Assembly: GCA_035193785.1 (NCBI GenBank)
Contig: CP136572.1
Coordinates: 896,001 to 960,000, forward strand
Direction of reading: 5' to 3'
Length of the DNA: 64,000 nt
DNA from: Planktothrix sp. GU0601_MAG3
GTDB lineage: Bacteria; Cyanobacteriota; Cyanobacteriia; Cyanobacteriales; Microcoleaceae
The notes below the pieces were generated by a model, which saw nothing but the letters and a program-made list of their open reading frames with translations, had not been told where the DNA came from and searched no databases. Of this stretch, positions 32,278 to 43,830 are shown in pieces (the first letter of the stretch is position 1; each line of letters begins with the position of its first letter). A program made the translations under genes and the position numbers.

Positions 32278-34096
32278 ATGAAGACTCAAGAAAACCTCCG
32301 ACAGCTATTATTTGATCTCGATAATCGAGGTTATAAAGCTTATAAAGATATTATGGGGACTTATGAATTTCCCAATTTCACCCTAATTATTGATTATGTT
32401 CAAGGTGATCCCTTTGCTACACCGAGCAAATTTCGAGTTCAAATTCCCCCAACAATTGCAGGATTTCCTCCCGAATTATACCGCACCCATAGCCGTGAAA
32501 TTGCCCTGCGAGACTATCTAATTCGTGAATTTGATCAGAATGCCATGGAGATGAGTAGCCATCGGGGAACGGGCAAAAGTGGCATGATTGCGGTGACAAA
32601 AATGGGTCAGGAAATATTAGAACGGACGGCCGCTTCACTGATTACTATAACCCCCCATTCTCATAAATCTATTATTAGCGGAAACCATGTATTACAACGC
32701 ACCCGTCCAACCGCTTCTACTCCAGAAAAAGGAGTTGAAATCCGCTTTTTTGTCGGACTTCCTGCCCGGGGACGCAATATTTTAGGTCGTCAAGCCGTGA
32801 TGATGATTTGTGATGATATTCCCACCCTTGTAGACCGATCTTTAAGATATCAAAATTTAGATGGAGAGGCTATTAAATCCCACATTGAAACGGCGGAAGA
32901 TGCTGATTATTTACGCGAACAATTAGCGGAAAAAGCGTTAGTTGCCTTTGTCGCCAATGGTGCAATTTTACCCCGTCGTAGTGGGGTTGATAGTCGCCCT
33001 TTAGCAGAAAATGCGATCGCTTTTCAATCCCCAAAATCCTTAGAAGTGGAGTTTAATTGTCCCAACCAAGGATTAATTAAAGGCATGGGAATTCCTCAAG
33101 GAATCACTTTAATTGTCGGTGGCGGTTACCATGGGAAATCAACCCTATTAAAAGCAATTGAATTAGGGGTTTATAATCATATTCCTGGGGATGGTCGGGA
33201 ATTTGTAATTACCAATCCCTCGGCGGTAAAAATTCGGGCGGAGGATGGTCGCAGCGTCTCGGGAGTGGATATTTCTGCATTTATTAATCAATTACCTCAA
33301 GGTCGTTCGACAACGGAATTTTCCACAAAAAATGCCAGTGGAAGTACCTCCCAAGCTGCTAATATTATGGAGGCATTAGAGGCATTAGTTTTAGCCGAAA
33401 ATTCTCCCTCAATTCCGGCGGTGTTATTAGTAGATGAAGATACCGCCGCCACTAATTTTATGATTCGCGATCGCCGAATGCAAGCATTAATTGCTAAAAA
33501 TCAAGAACCCATTACCCCTTTTATTGACAAAGTTCGCCAACTTTATACCGATTATTCTGTGTCTACTATTTTAGTCATGGGAGGCAGTGGAGATTATTTT
33601 GATGTGGCAGATCAGGTAATTGGAATGGAGAATTTTCAAGCACTAGAATTAACCGCAAAAGCCAAAGAAATCGCTAGTCAATATAGTACGGGTCGCACCT
33701 TAGAAGGGGGTGAAACTTTTGGTGTCATTCGTCCACGAATTCCCCTATTTGAAAGTTTAGATCCCAGTCGGGGACGTTGGGATGTGCGGGTAAAGGTTAG
33801 GGATGTGGAGGAGGTGTTATTTGGTACTGAAGATATTGATGTTTCTGCGGTGGAAACAATTGGTTTCTCAAGATCAATTACGGGCGATCGCGGCGGCAAT
33901 GGTTTATGCTAAACAACAGTATATTGATGGAGAGAAAACCCTACCTCAAATTTTAGATCAAATTATGAATGATATTACCACCAAAGGATTAGATATTATT
34001 GCCCCCTTTCCCCAAGGAGATTTGGCAATCTTCCGACGATTTGAATTAGCTGCGGCTATCAACAGAATTAGAACCTTAGAAGTCAAACAACCTTAA
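32278..34096 (+). CDS. ABC-class ATPase domain protein (frameshift ~33853)
   Basis: QGDPFA, GGGYHGKST Walker A, ASGSTSQAA, VDEDTAATNFM, RFELAAAINR. Confidence 0.85.
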
Positions 34097-34182
34097 AGTT
34101 ATCCTCCCTTATGAAAGGGAAACTGGATAGTAAAACCTTGATAAATTATCAAATTCATTTAACTTTTTCTTGAAGATTATTA

Positions 34183-35313
34183 ATGATTATTTCTTCGATT
34201 CCTCTCCGAGTTATGGTTATTTTTGGGACTCGCCCAGAAGCGATTAAATTAGCCCCTGTCATTCAACAGTTAAAACAAACCTCTGGATTTGATACTCAGG
34301 TGGTTTTAACGGGTCAACATCGGGAAATGGTAACCCAGGTTATGACTTTGTTTAATTTAACCGCAGACCAAGATTTAGATATCATGCAAGCGCGGCAAAC
34401 CTTAACGGATATTACCTGTAAAAGTTTACGGGGATTAGAAGATTTATTGAAACAATTAAATCCCCATTTAGTCTTAGTTCAAGGAGATACAACCACGGCT
34501 TTTGCTGCAAGTTTAGCCGCTTTTTATCAAAAAATTCCCGTTGGTCATGTTGAGGCTGGATTACGCACCAATGATGTGTTTAATCCCTATCCTGAAGAAG
34601 CCAATCGGCGGTTAATTTCTCAGTTAACCCAATTACATTTTGCCCCCACGACTCAATCAGTTCAAAACCTAAAAAATTCAGGGGTTTTGGGAGAAATTCA
34701 TCACACGGGAAATACGGTTATTGATGCTTTATTATCCGTTGCTAAACAACAACCTCAACTCAATATTCCTGAGTTAGAAAATAGGGACTATCGGTTAATT
34801 TTAGCCACAGTTCATCGGCGGGAAAATTGGGGAAAACCCTTAGAAGGAATTGCGGAAGGATTCCTACAAATTCTGAACGAATTTCCCGACACGGCGTTAT
34901 TATTACCTTTGCATAGAAATCCAACGGTTAGGGAACCTTTAACGGAAAAATTAGGCAATCATCCCCGGGTATTTCTCACCGAACCTTTGGATTATACCGA
35001 ATTAGTAGCGGCGATTGATCGCTGTTATTTTGTATTAACTGATTCGGGGGGATTACAAGAGGAAGCACCCAGTTTAGGAAAACCGGTATTAGTATTAAGA
35101 AAAACCACAGAACGTCCTGAAGCAGTGGAAGCGGGAACCGCTAAATTAGTCGGAACAGAAGCACAAAATATTTTTACAGAGGCGAGTCTATTATTAAAGA
35201 ATGAAATTGCCTATCAAAACATGGCAAATGCGATTAATCCCTTTGGAGATGGTCATGCTTCAGAACGGATTATTGATATTATCAAAAATTATTTTAATCC
35301 TATCAATAATTAA
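34183..35313 (+). CDS. wecB: Non-hydrolysing UDP-N-acetylglucosamine 2-epimerase
   Basis: GTRPEAIK, QGDTTT, HVEAGLR, TDSGGLQEEAP. Confidence 0.95.
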   Translation: MIISSIPLRVMVIFGTRPEAIKLAPVIQQLKQTSGFDTQVVLTGQHREMVTQVMTLFNLTADQDLDIMQARQTLTDITCKSLRGLEDLLKQLNPHLVLVQGDTTTAFAASLAAFYQKIPVGHVEAGLRTNDVFNPYPEEANRRLISQLTQLHFAPTTQSVQNLKNSGVLGEIHHTGNTVIDALLSVAKQQPQLNIPELENRDYRLILATVHRRENWGKPLEGIAEGFLQILNEFPDTALLLPLHRNPTVREPLTEKLGNHPRVFLTEPLDYTELVAAIDRCYFVLTDSGGLQEEAPSLGKPVLVLRKTTERPEAVEAGTAKLVGTEAQNIFTEASLLLKNEIAYQNMANAINPFGDGHASERIIDIIKNYFNPINN

Positions 35314-35374
35314 ACAAATACCGTTGTGGCGATTAGTTGCTTTCTAATTCCTATCAAACTTTAAAGTGGGAAGA

Positions 35375-35395
35375 AAGCCCTGAAGGGCTTACTAC
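35375..35395 (-). repeat. GTAG-type REP-like hairpin GTAGTAAGCCCTTCAGGGCTT
   Basis: Near-identical copy at 59439-59458. Confidence 0.7.
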
Positions 35396-35398
35396 GGG

Positions 35399-35734
35399 TT
35401 AGGAGAGTAAACCGAAATAGGTTAAAATTAAATCGGTATTTCCTGTATTACTAACTTCGTGAACTTCCCCAGGTTCGACTGCAATACAAACCCCTGGTTT
35501 TAATTGATAATCTGTACCATTAATACGGATATTTCCTAAACCAGATTCCACAAAAAATACCTCAGACATATCAGCATGGGAATGACCGCCCGCCACTTGT
35601 CCAGGGGCAAAACACGCCTGCGAAAAGTTGGTTAAGTGGGGTAAATCCCCTGGACTCAACATCGCCTTTTTTTTGATTGCTGGATTATGGGAAACCTCCT
35701 GTTCTGGAATCTGGGCTAAATCTGTTATTTTCAT
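35399..35734 (-). CDS. Cupin domain protein
   Basis: HSHADMSEVF...PGEVHEV. Confidence 0.85.
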   Translation of the reverse strand: MKITDLAQIPEQEVSHNPAIKKKAMLSPGDLPHLTNFSQACFAPGQVAGGHSHADMSEVFFVESGLGNIRINGTDYQLKPGVCIAVEPGEVHEVSNTGNTDLILTYFGLLS

Positions 35735-35856
35735 AAAACTTTAAATTTAAAATTTATATTATTATAACATTTTTATGCTAATATGCACTAAATATATTAA
35801 TCTCCAGTGATCGGTAATTGCTGATTGTTAAACTTTCATAAATCTTAATATTCGTT

Positions 35857-36822
35857 ATGAAAAAGAAGCTCAAACTCAAAAAAGTATCCGATGATGCCGT
35901 CATCCAAATGCGACAGAATTTAATGGCTGAATCCCAACCCAATCTTAACTACATCATCTTAGTAATAACAGCTTGTTTAATTGCTACCTTTGGATTACTA
36001 AGTAATAGTACAGCCGTGATTATTGGGGCAATGTTAGTAGCTCCGATTATGTTACCGTTGCGAGGATTAGCCTTTGGAATTTTAGAAAGTGATCAAGAAT
36101 TATCTCGTCGTAGTATAATCTCGATTATTGTGGGAACGGTGGTGGCACTAATCTTATCAATGACATTAGGAAAAATAACGGGAATTGAAGATTTTGGTTC
36201 AGAAGTTTTAGCCCGAACTGAACCGACATTAATTGACTTGGGAATCGCCGTTGTAGCCGGAGGATTAAGCGGTTTTACCAAGGTGGAAAAGGGGATTAGT
36301 GATGCCGTAGCTGGAACCGCAATTGCTGTGGCTTTAATGCCTCCCCTATGTGTTATTGGTTTAACTTTATCCCAAGGTTTTTTTGATTTAAGTTATGGCG
36401 CAACATTGCTTTATCTGACCAATTTAATTGGGATCGCCTTAGCTTGTATGATAGTTTTTATTTTGGCGGGTTATTCCCGACTGCGAAAACAATTTGCTTT
36501 AACATTAATTATTACTTCTGTTGTCGCAATTCCTTTAGGGATTAGTTTTTTACAATTAGTAACTCAACTACAGTTACAAACGGATTTGAGAAATATTTTT
36601 GAACAGAAAACCTTAACGGGACAACGGGTGGATTTACAAGACACTCATATTAATTGGAAACAAAATCCTCCTATTGCTTATTTAAAAGTTCGGGCTACCG
36701 AACCTGTTACGCCAAGACAAGTACGTTTAGTTCAAGATTTTATTAATCAAAAAATGAGGCAGAATTTCGCCTTAGTTTTTTTAGTTGAAGAAGTTGAACA
36801 AGTAGAAGCAGAAAAGAAATAG
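35857..36822 (+). CDS. DUF389 membrane protein
   Basis: NSTAVIIGAMLVAP, GTAIAVALMPPL. Confidence 0.9.
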   Translation: MKKKLKLKKVSDDAVIQMRQNLMAESQPNLNYIILVITACLIATFGLLSNSTAVIIGAMLVAPIMLPLRGLAFGILESDQELSRRSIISIIVGTVVALILSMTLGKITGIEDFGSEVLARTEPTLIDLGIAVVAGGLSGFTKVEKGISDAVAGTAIAVALMPPLCVIGLTLSQGFFDLSYGATLLYLTNLIGIALACMIVFILAGYSRLRKQFALTLIITSVVAIPLGISFLQLVTQLQLQTDLRNIFEQKTLTGQRVDLQDTHINWKQNPPIAYLKVRATEPVTPRQVRLVQDFINQKMRQNFALVFLVEEVEQVEAEKK

Positions 36823-36888
36823 ATAAGGAATAGATACTGATATTTTATTACTATTCCTCAACCCCTATTTATTGTTTTTACCCTGGGA

Positions 36889-37350
36889 TTATAATCCGCC
36901 AAAATCAAGGGGGCTGGATACGGGACTGGTGAAGACAAAATAAATAATTCCTGCTCCTAATAAGGCGATCGCTAAACTAAAAAGAATCACCCAACGATCG
37001 GGAGGTTCATAAGTATCTTCTTCAATATCTCGACGGACAACAAAATATTGAACCGTCGATAATAATACGGTTAATAAACCTACTCCAGAAAATAATAATC
37101 CTAATTTCCAACCATAGCCCGGGCCAGGAACAGCAACGGGTTGAAAAGCACGGAGGCGTAAAATCACCACCCCAAATCCCATTAAACCAACCGCAGTTCG
37201 CATCCAAGCCAGATAGGTGCGTTCATTGGCTAAATGATCTCGAACCCGGGAAGGGTTTAGTCTTTTGGGTTTTTGAATAATTTCTGCGGTAGAATCTGGT
37301 GATTTAATGAATTCAGAGGCTTGAATTTGGGTGCAATTTTCGGTTTTCAT
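36889..37350 (-). CDS. YidH/DUF202 membrane protein
   Basis: RDHLANERTYLAWMRT. Confidence 0.9.
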   Translation of the reverse strand: MKTENCTQIQASEFIKSPDSTAEIIQKPKRLNPSRVRDHLANERTYLAWMRTAVGLMGFGVVILRLRAFQPVAVPGPGYGWKLGLLFSGVGLLTVLLSTVQYFVVRRDIEEDTYEPPDRWVILFSLAIALLGAGIIYFVFTSPVSSPLDFGGL

Positions 37351-37459
37351 AGTTTGGGAAATTCAACAAAAATACAGACAATTAATGAGGATATCCCCCT
37401 AAATTTCCCCACTTATTAAGGGGAGTTAGGGGGAATAAATATTAGAAAATTAGAAACAT

Positions 37460-38104
37460 TTAGGCTTTTTTCGCAGTCGGAGCATTAGGAAGTTGGTTGT
37501 CAATAATACTTTGGGAAATATTAGGGATAAACCAATTAACATCACTGGTTTGAACCACTTTCGCTAATGGAGAATTAAATTCAAGAGTTCCGGTTTCAAG
37601 ATTGGTTGTAATTCCTAACTGAGTCCCATCCATAATTTTAATCGCAATCGGCCCTTGTAAGGGTTCAGATTGTTCAGTAAATCCTAAATTAGTTCCCTTC
37701 ACATCTTGGGGTAAATAGATGCCATCACAATCCCATTTTGCTTTAGTGGTTTGACCATCACCGAGAAAATAAAGGGTTGCTATGTGATCATCATCTTCTT
37801 TTTTTGGACTGCCATAAACAGCTATTGTTTTTCCGGTGTTATTGGTACATTGCCCCCAATTAGTTCCTGATTGTAGCGCATATTGTTGAAATTGCAACTG
37901 ATCAATTTTTTGTTGAACTGTTTCAGAAATTGCTCCTTGAGTTTTGACTTCATTTTCAGCGACCAAGGACAGTTCTTTTAACTCTTGGGTGACTTCAATG
38001 TAATCGGGATTTTTAGCATATTTAGGTTCAGCGAAAGCGGATTGAGATAAAACAAGATTTAGGATCAGAACCACAGCAATCAATAGAGATGTTAAGAATT
38101 TCAT
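37460..38104 (-). CDS. Secreted hypothetical protein
   Basis: MKFL signal peptide with AFA cleavage site; GGAG RBS; C...WDCDG cysteine pair. Confidence 0.7.
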   Translation of the reverse strand: MKFLTSLLIAVVLILNLVLSQSAFAEPKYAKNPDYIEVTQELKELSLVAENEVKTQGAISETVQQKIDQLQFQQYALQSGTNWGQCTNNTGKTIAVYGSPKKEDDDHIATLYFLGDGQTTKAKWDCDGIYLPQDVKGTNLGFTEQSEPLQGPIAIKIMDGTQLGITTNLETGTLEFNSPLAKVVQTSDVNWFIPNISQSIIDNQLPNAPTAKKA

Positions 38105-38174
38105 GAATTTTCTCCTACAATTAAATGGATTTAAAAAAATTAGACTTGTACAGGGTGCAATGCAATGATTCAAC

Positions 38175-38865
38175 TTAGGCTGTTTTTTCGGGACTAAAAA
38201 GCCAGACCCAAACATAACTAATTCCTAAAGCTAGAAGTGCTAACAATAGGTTTTCTTTGACAATAAATACCCCTAAACCAATTAATACACAAGGAACAAA
38301 GGTATTGCCATAACCGGTTAAAACCTTAGCAATGGCGGGAAAATGGGTTAACTTGTAGGCAAGATAACACCAAACCCCAACCAAGGAGAAAAAGGTAAAT
38401 AATATAGTTAATAAACCTTCCCAGGTGCTACTCGCAAATAGGGGAACATAAATGCCAATATTATCGCTACCATTAGCAACTGTTACCGCCGCGACTCCAT
38501 AGGTTTGAGGAGATAGCCATTTTTGCCAAAAAGAGGGCTTATCCGCAGAATTAGGAGTTGCTATCGAGGTTGAACAATTCTCATCGCTTGCTTGAGATTT
38601 TAATAAATAATGAATCCCCAAGATCACCGGAAACTACACCTAACCATCGAATCCAATCAGGAGGAATTAAGAAACTCCCAAAAAAACCGGGTAAACTAGC
38701 CAATAATAGAAGGGTAAATCCTAAATACTGACCGATAATAATTTGGCGACGACGGAATAGAGTATTAACTTGAGTAAAAAATAGGGTGAGGATGAGAATA
38801 TCATCAATATTAGTGGCAATAAAAGCAGCAGTTCCTGTGGAAATGGCGGTCATTAATGGGTGCAT
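38175..38865 (-). CDS. CadD-family (cadmium resistance transporter-like) membrane protein (frameshift ~38630)
   Basis: ATNIDD, GQYLGF, ANGSDNIGIYVPLF. Confidence 0.9.
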
Positions 38866-38902
38866 GGTTTGATCTAGCTTTTTGGGTTAATGAATGGGAG
38901 TT

Positions 38903-40426
38903 TTAGAATTTTTGTCTGCCTTTAATCGAGTAGGGATTAACTGAAGTAACCACTAAGGAAGTAGAGGGAACAATTTCAGGATTCGGGTGAGTAAATTGAG
39001 CATGAATTTCTTCAATATGTCGTTCCATTGTTCTGACTAATTTCGGTGAACGAGTGCGTTGTCTTATAAACCAACCACAAGTTACAAATAAGTAGAGAAG
39101 GAACAAATAGGGGAACAGGTTATAAGGAGCTTCGGGAACAGGAAAAAGTTGATTTCCTGGGATACCAACACTGCCGATAATAGGAATCATCATAAACCCA
39201 ACGGCTAAAATAGAACAGATAATATCAATTGAACGCAGTTGTTTAATTTTGCACAGATAAAGCGGTGCAGCCATCGAGACTAAAATGTAGACCGTTAAAA
39301 ATCCATAACTACAAATCGCCCCTAAATAACCCATACTTTCAAATAAGCGAATATTGAACATTGACATCACGGCGGGAACCAAAAACATCAGGAAAGAACA
39401 GAGGGTAACAGCAATGTGGGGGGTGCGATTTGAGGCGTGGGTTGTGCCAATTGACGCATGAAATAAACCGTGACGAGCCATTGTAAAAAAGATGCGAGCA
39501 GCAGGATTAATCGTTCCTAAAACACAAGCAAAGAAGCTAAATAAAACCCCGAAGGCAATAATATCTCCTAAGAATCCCAAGCCGATTTGATCGGAGAGAA
39601 ATGCTAGGGGTTCTTCTGTTGTGGTAATCGAAACCCCAGTCCCTTCAAACCCTAGAATTTCAACATAACTGGTGAAGATAAAAAAGACTCCGGCGAGAAT
39701 GACACTTCCCATCACAGAACGGGGAATAGTTCTCAAAGGATTTTTGGCTTCATCTCCTAATGTAGTCGCACTTTCAAAACCGGCAAATCCAAATAATGCT
39801 AATACTAAACCTGTGGCAATATTACCCGGGGTCACACCTTCTAGGGTAAGTTGACTCAGATCTAAAGCAAAGCCTTTATGCGCCCAAATCATCATCATTA
39901 GAATTGTAATTAAAACAATCGAAATTCCCTCCATCCACAGCATCGCCATTGCGGAAAGTTGGATATCTTTATAGGCTGCATACCAAGCAATTCCCGCCCC
40001 AATTGCCAGTAATGTAATCGCCGAGGGATGAATCCCTAAATGACCGAATAATATCCCACTAAAGTTGGCTAAACCGCAGAGAACTGACATTCCAGTGAAT
40101 AAATAGGCGAGTACCAAACTCCAACCGCAAACTACCCCGGCTGTTGGGCCTAATCCTTTAACAATATAGGTATAAAAGGAACCCGGAGAAGCGGAACGTT
40201 TCGCAAATTGATTAATATTAATACTGACAAAAATTAAACCAATTAAACCAATTAAAAAACTGAGCCAGGTGCCTTTTCCTGAAAGGGCAACTAATAACCC
40301 TAAATTAGAGGCAGGAATCGTAGTTGGAGCAATCACGGCAAAGGATTGAGCTAATACTTCTCCAAAGGAAAGACAATTCTTTTTTAATCCATCAGAACTT
40401 TGATAGAGTTGAGTAATTTTGGTCAT
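38903..40426 (-). CDS. APC-superfamily amino acid/polyamine permease
   Basis: About 12 TM segments, GSFYTY, FAGFESATTLGDEAKNP; start MTKIT after GAGGG. Confidence 0.9.
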   Translation of the reverse strand: MTKITQLYQSSDGLKKNCLSFGEVLAQSFAVIAPTTIPASNLGLLVALSGKGTWLSFLIGLIGLIFVSININQFAKRSASPGSFYTYIVKGLGPTAGVVCGWSLVLAYLFTGMSVLCGLANFSGILFGHLGIHPSAITLLAIGAGIAWYAAYKDIQLSAMAMLWMEGISIVLITILMMMIWAHKGFALDLSQLTLEGVTPGNIATGLVLALFGFAGFESATTLGDEAKNPLRTIPRSVMGSVILAGVFFIFTSYVEILGFEGTGVSITTTEEPLAFLSDQIGLGFLGDIIAFGVLFSFFACVLGTINPAARIFFTMARHGLFHASIGTTHASNRTPHIAVTLCSFLMFLVPAVMSMFNIRLFESMGYLGAICSYGFLTVYILVSMAAPLYLCKIKQLRSIDIICSILAVGFMMIPIIGSVGIPGNQLFPVPEAPYNLFPYLFLLYLFVTCGWFIRQRTRSPKLVRTMERHIEEIHAQFTHPNPEIVPSTSLVVTSVNPYSIKGRQKF

Positions 40427-40679
40427 AGAGTAATTCCCTCTCTGTTTTAAATAGACACCGGTGAATTGCTCTGTGATCGCCAATAAAGTTTTGAGCAAAA
40501 TTAACGAGATCACTGAAAGCCAAAAACCAACGGTTTCAGTTTTTACTCTATGGGGGTTTGATAATAAAATCAAATGTTCTTTTTTGTTGAATTAATAAAT
40601 TTTATTTATGGATTCTCCCCGGAATGGCTTCTAACCTTAGAAGCCAAAGATGATCACTGCAAAATTTCTGTTTCAGTTC

Positions 40680-41240
40680 CTATTCTTCTGACTGTATATC
40701 CTCAATATTTGTTGAAGTTTTATGACGATGGATTCGTTGCTGTTTATAAAAAGGTCGATAAACTCGCAGCCGATAAATTGAATTTACTTTGACTTTTTTA
40801 AACCCTCTTAAAATCAGTAAAGTCATCAAGGTTCCGATTAAACTCATCTGCCATAATCCGCATCCTGTAGCTGTTCCTAAACCTGCGGTTAACCATAAAG
40901 CTGCCGCCGAGGTTAGCCCTTTAACTTTAGGTTTAAGATTGGGTTTTGACTGTTGAAAAATAAGTCCTGCCCCGATAAATCCTACCCCTGTGGCAATTCC
41001 TTGAATGGTACGACTCAGGGCATTGGTTGAGTTAAGATCAAGCCCAGCCTGTAGGGTGATCATTACAAAAATTGCAGCCCCCAAACTAACAATCATATAG
41101 GTTCTAAGTCCGGCAGGTCTGCTGGGTTGCTCACGGTCTAATCCAATCACACCACCAATTAACAACGCTATTCCTAAGCGAAAGAGAATGGTTAACCAGT
41201 CATCGGAAGGAAAAAACATTGGGTTAGAATTGACAGCCAT
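40680..41240 (-). CDS. MgtC/SapB family membrane protein
   Basis: GLDRE, PAGLRT, GVGFIGAG, GLTSAAALW. Confidence 0.9.
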   Translation of the reverse strand: MAVNSNPMFFPSDDWLTILFRLGIALLIGGVIGLDREQPSRPAGLRTYMIVSLGAAIFVMITLQAGLDLNSTNALSRTIQGIATGVGFIGAGLIFQQSKPNLKPKVKGLTSAAALWLTAGLGTATGCGLWQMSLIGTLMTLLILRGFKKVKVNSIYRLRVYRPFYKQQRIHRHKTSTNIEDIQSEE

Positions 41241-41346
41241 TGACGGTATAAACCTCACTAATTATTAAGGTAAAGATTGGGGTTACTCTTTGTAACCTTA
41301 CAATCAATTTTATCAATTTATTTGTCAAAATACCTAACTAATTAAA

Positions 41347-41935
41347 TTAAATTTCATAATGCCAAAAGGCTTGATGTCCGGGTAGAATGATAAATTGTCT
41401 ATTCAACCGTTCAATGATACCTTGCTGTTCAAATTCCTTCAAAAGTCGGGTGACAGTGACTCGTGTTGTCCCAATACTTTCAGCAATTTCTTGATGGGTT
41501 AAATGGAACTGAATCAGTTGTCCATGGGGGACATCACTGCCAAATTTATTGGCTAATAACATGAGTAATTTATGCAAAGCTTCATCAACCGGACGAGAAT
41601 GAACAATTTCTAAAAAGCTTTGTAGTTGATGAATATGTTCAATTAACAGGGGCTGCAAATCATCAAATTCCAAGATCGGAAGGGCGGTCGCCTGGACTGG
41701 GGTGACGCACTCCATATAGTAGGGGTCGGCTTTGGATAAAACCTGCGATACCACATCCCCCGCGCCCCATAAACCCAGGGTGACGACGGTTTCCGTTTTC
41801 CAGGTAGGTGAAGGTACGCACAACACCAGACTCGATTTTCCACAGGTGATCCCGTCTGGAGGGAAGTTGGTCACGACGTTGGAAGTAACGCTGTTGCTGG
41901 CTAAATTCGGGTGCAATCCTTTGAGCTAAAGTCAT
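41347..41935 (-). CDS. Crp/Fnr family transcriptional regulator, CysR-like (frameshift ~41789)
   Basis: WKIESGVVRT, LGLWGAGD, HTH LTHQEIAESIGTTRVTVTRLL. Confidence 0.9.
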
Positions 41936-42087
41936 TGAGGATACCAGTTAAGTGAAATTTAATTAAAATTGTAGAGCATATTAATTACATTTGCATTAGA
42001 ATACAACTTTGATTGTATTAAATTGTTTTAGTCCCCATTCAGACTAATCCCAATCCCCTGATTATGCGAGAGGTAAGTGACTTTATA

Positions 42088-43032
42088 ATGGCTGGAATGA
42101 CCCTAGAGCAACTGCGAATTTTTTTGGCGGTGGCGGAACATCTACATTTTACCCGGGCGGCGGAAGGACTTTATATTACCCAACCGGCGGTGAGTGCTGC
42201 AATTCATAGCTTAGAAACAGAATATCGAGTTAAGTTATTTCATCGGATTGCTCGCCATGTTGAAATTACGGAGGCGGGACAATTATTACAACTTGAAGCT
42301 CAAAAAATATTGGAACAAGTGGGATTAACAGAACGAGGATTAAGAGAGTTAAATAATCTCCAACGAGGAGAACTCAAATTAGGCTCCAGTTTAACGATTG
42401 GTAACTATTGGCTACCGGAAAAAATTAGTCAATTTCAACGACAATATTCGGGAATTATGGTCAATTGTACCTTAGCTAATACCGAAGAAATTTGTGTGGG
42501 AACCGCTAATGGAAAGTTTGATTTAGGGTTAATTGAAGGCGAAGTTAAACCCAGTTTACAAAAATCTTTAGATCAGGAGGAAATAGGTAGCGATCGCCTA
42601 TTAATTGTGGTCGGACAATCCCATCCTTGGTTTGAGCGAGAACAGGTGGATTTAGCAGAACTAAAAAATACTGATTGGGTGATGCGAGAGGGGGGTTCAG
42701 GGACTCAGCAACGTTTGGAAGAAGCCCTACAAAATTGGGGAATTAACCTGAATGAATTACAGGTTATTTTAGTTTTAAATACTGGAGAAATGGTGAAAGC
42801 TGTTGTCGAAGAAGGTCATGTGGCGGCGGGAATTTCTGAACTCATGGTTAAAAAAGAATTAAAATTAGGGTTGTTAAGAGCAGTTAGGATTATTGATGAT
42901 CGTCAAGATTCTGGTCGAGAATTAAAATTAATTAGACCTTTTTTAAAAATCAAACATTGCCAAAGGTTTCAAACCCAAATTTCTCAAACCTTTGAAAAAA
43001 TGTTATTATTAGTTGATCAAATTAACGATTAA
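42088..43032 (+). CDS. LysR family transcriptional regulator (CysL-like)
   Basis: HFTRAAEGLYITQPAVS HTH, SLTIGNYWLP, REGGSGT. Confidence 0.92.
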   Translation: MAGMTLEQLRIFLAVAEHLHFTRAAEGLYITQPAVSAAIHSLETEYRVKLFHRIARHVEITEAGQLLQLEAQKILEQVGLTERGLRELNNLQRGELKLGSSLTIGNYWLPEKISQFQRQYSGIMVNCTLANTEEICVGTANGKFDLGLIEGEVKPSLQKSLDQEEIGSDRLLIVVGQSHPWFEREQVDLAELKNTDWVMREGGSGTQQRLEEALQNWGINLNELQVILVLNTGEMVKAVVEEGHVAAGISELMVKKELKLGLLRAVRIIDDRQDSGRELKLIRPFLKIKHCQRFQTQISQTFEKMLLLVDQIND

Positions 43033-43823
43033 GTAGGGTATCCAGATTGAATCTATGAATTGATTTATCATCCAGAAACTAAGGGTAATTTTCCATTCCA
43101 TTGACTAACTACTTGCCTTTGCAATATTTCTGGAGTTAATGTTTTTTGCAACAAAGCATTAGCTTCCGCTTCACCCTTAGCTAAATTAACTTTAGCTTCC
43201 GCTTCCTTAATGGCTTTCAAAACTAAAAACCCAGCTTTTTTAGCATCTTGTTCAGCAATTTGCTTGGCTTCCACAGCATCCATAAACCGTTGGGAAAAAT
43301 GCACATGAACTAGGGAAATATTATCCACTTGAATATGATAATTAATTAATTGACCCGTTAATAAATTATCGACCTCTGATTTGACATTTTCCCGGCGAGT
43401 AATAATTTCTTCGGCGGTATATTTAGCCATGACTGCCTTGAGAATTTCTTCAATAACTGGATTAATAATTGCTTCTATAATAGCTTGTTCATCCCCAATT
43501 TGTTGAAAAGCTAAATTTGCTTCTTCAGGAATAATATGCCAATTCAAGGCGACATCGGTAAACACCTCCTGTAAATCTTTAGATGAAGCTTCGGCGGATA
43601 TTTCCTGTTTTTGAATTTTGACATTCATCTTTTGTACGGTTTCCGCCACCGGAATAATAAAATGCAATCCTTCACCCAAAATTTCCGTCTGAACTTTTCC
43701 GAAAACCATAAAAATTCCCCTTTCTCCGGCTTTAACAACCACCAGGGGATTAAAAAATATCAGGAATAATAGTAACAAAAAAAATAGATTAACGGGTTTC
43801 AACAACTCTGAATATCTTGGCAT
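43022..43823 (-). CDS. Prohibitin/SPFH (band 7) family protein (probable frameshift ~43075)
   Basis: GEGLHF, ASSKDLQ, AVEAKQIAEQ, WNGKLP. Confidence 0.88.
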
Positions 43824-43830
43824 TATCGGA

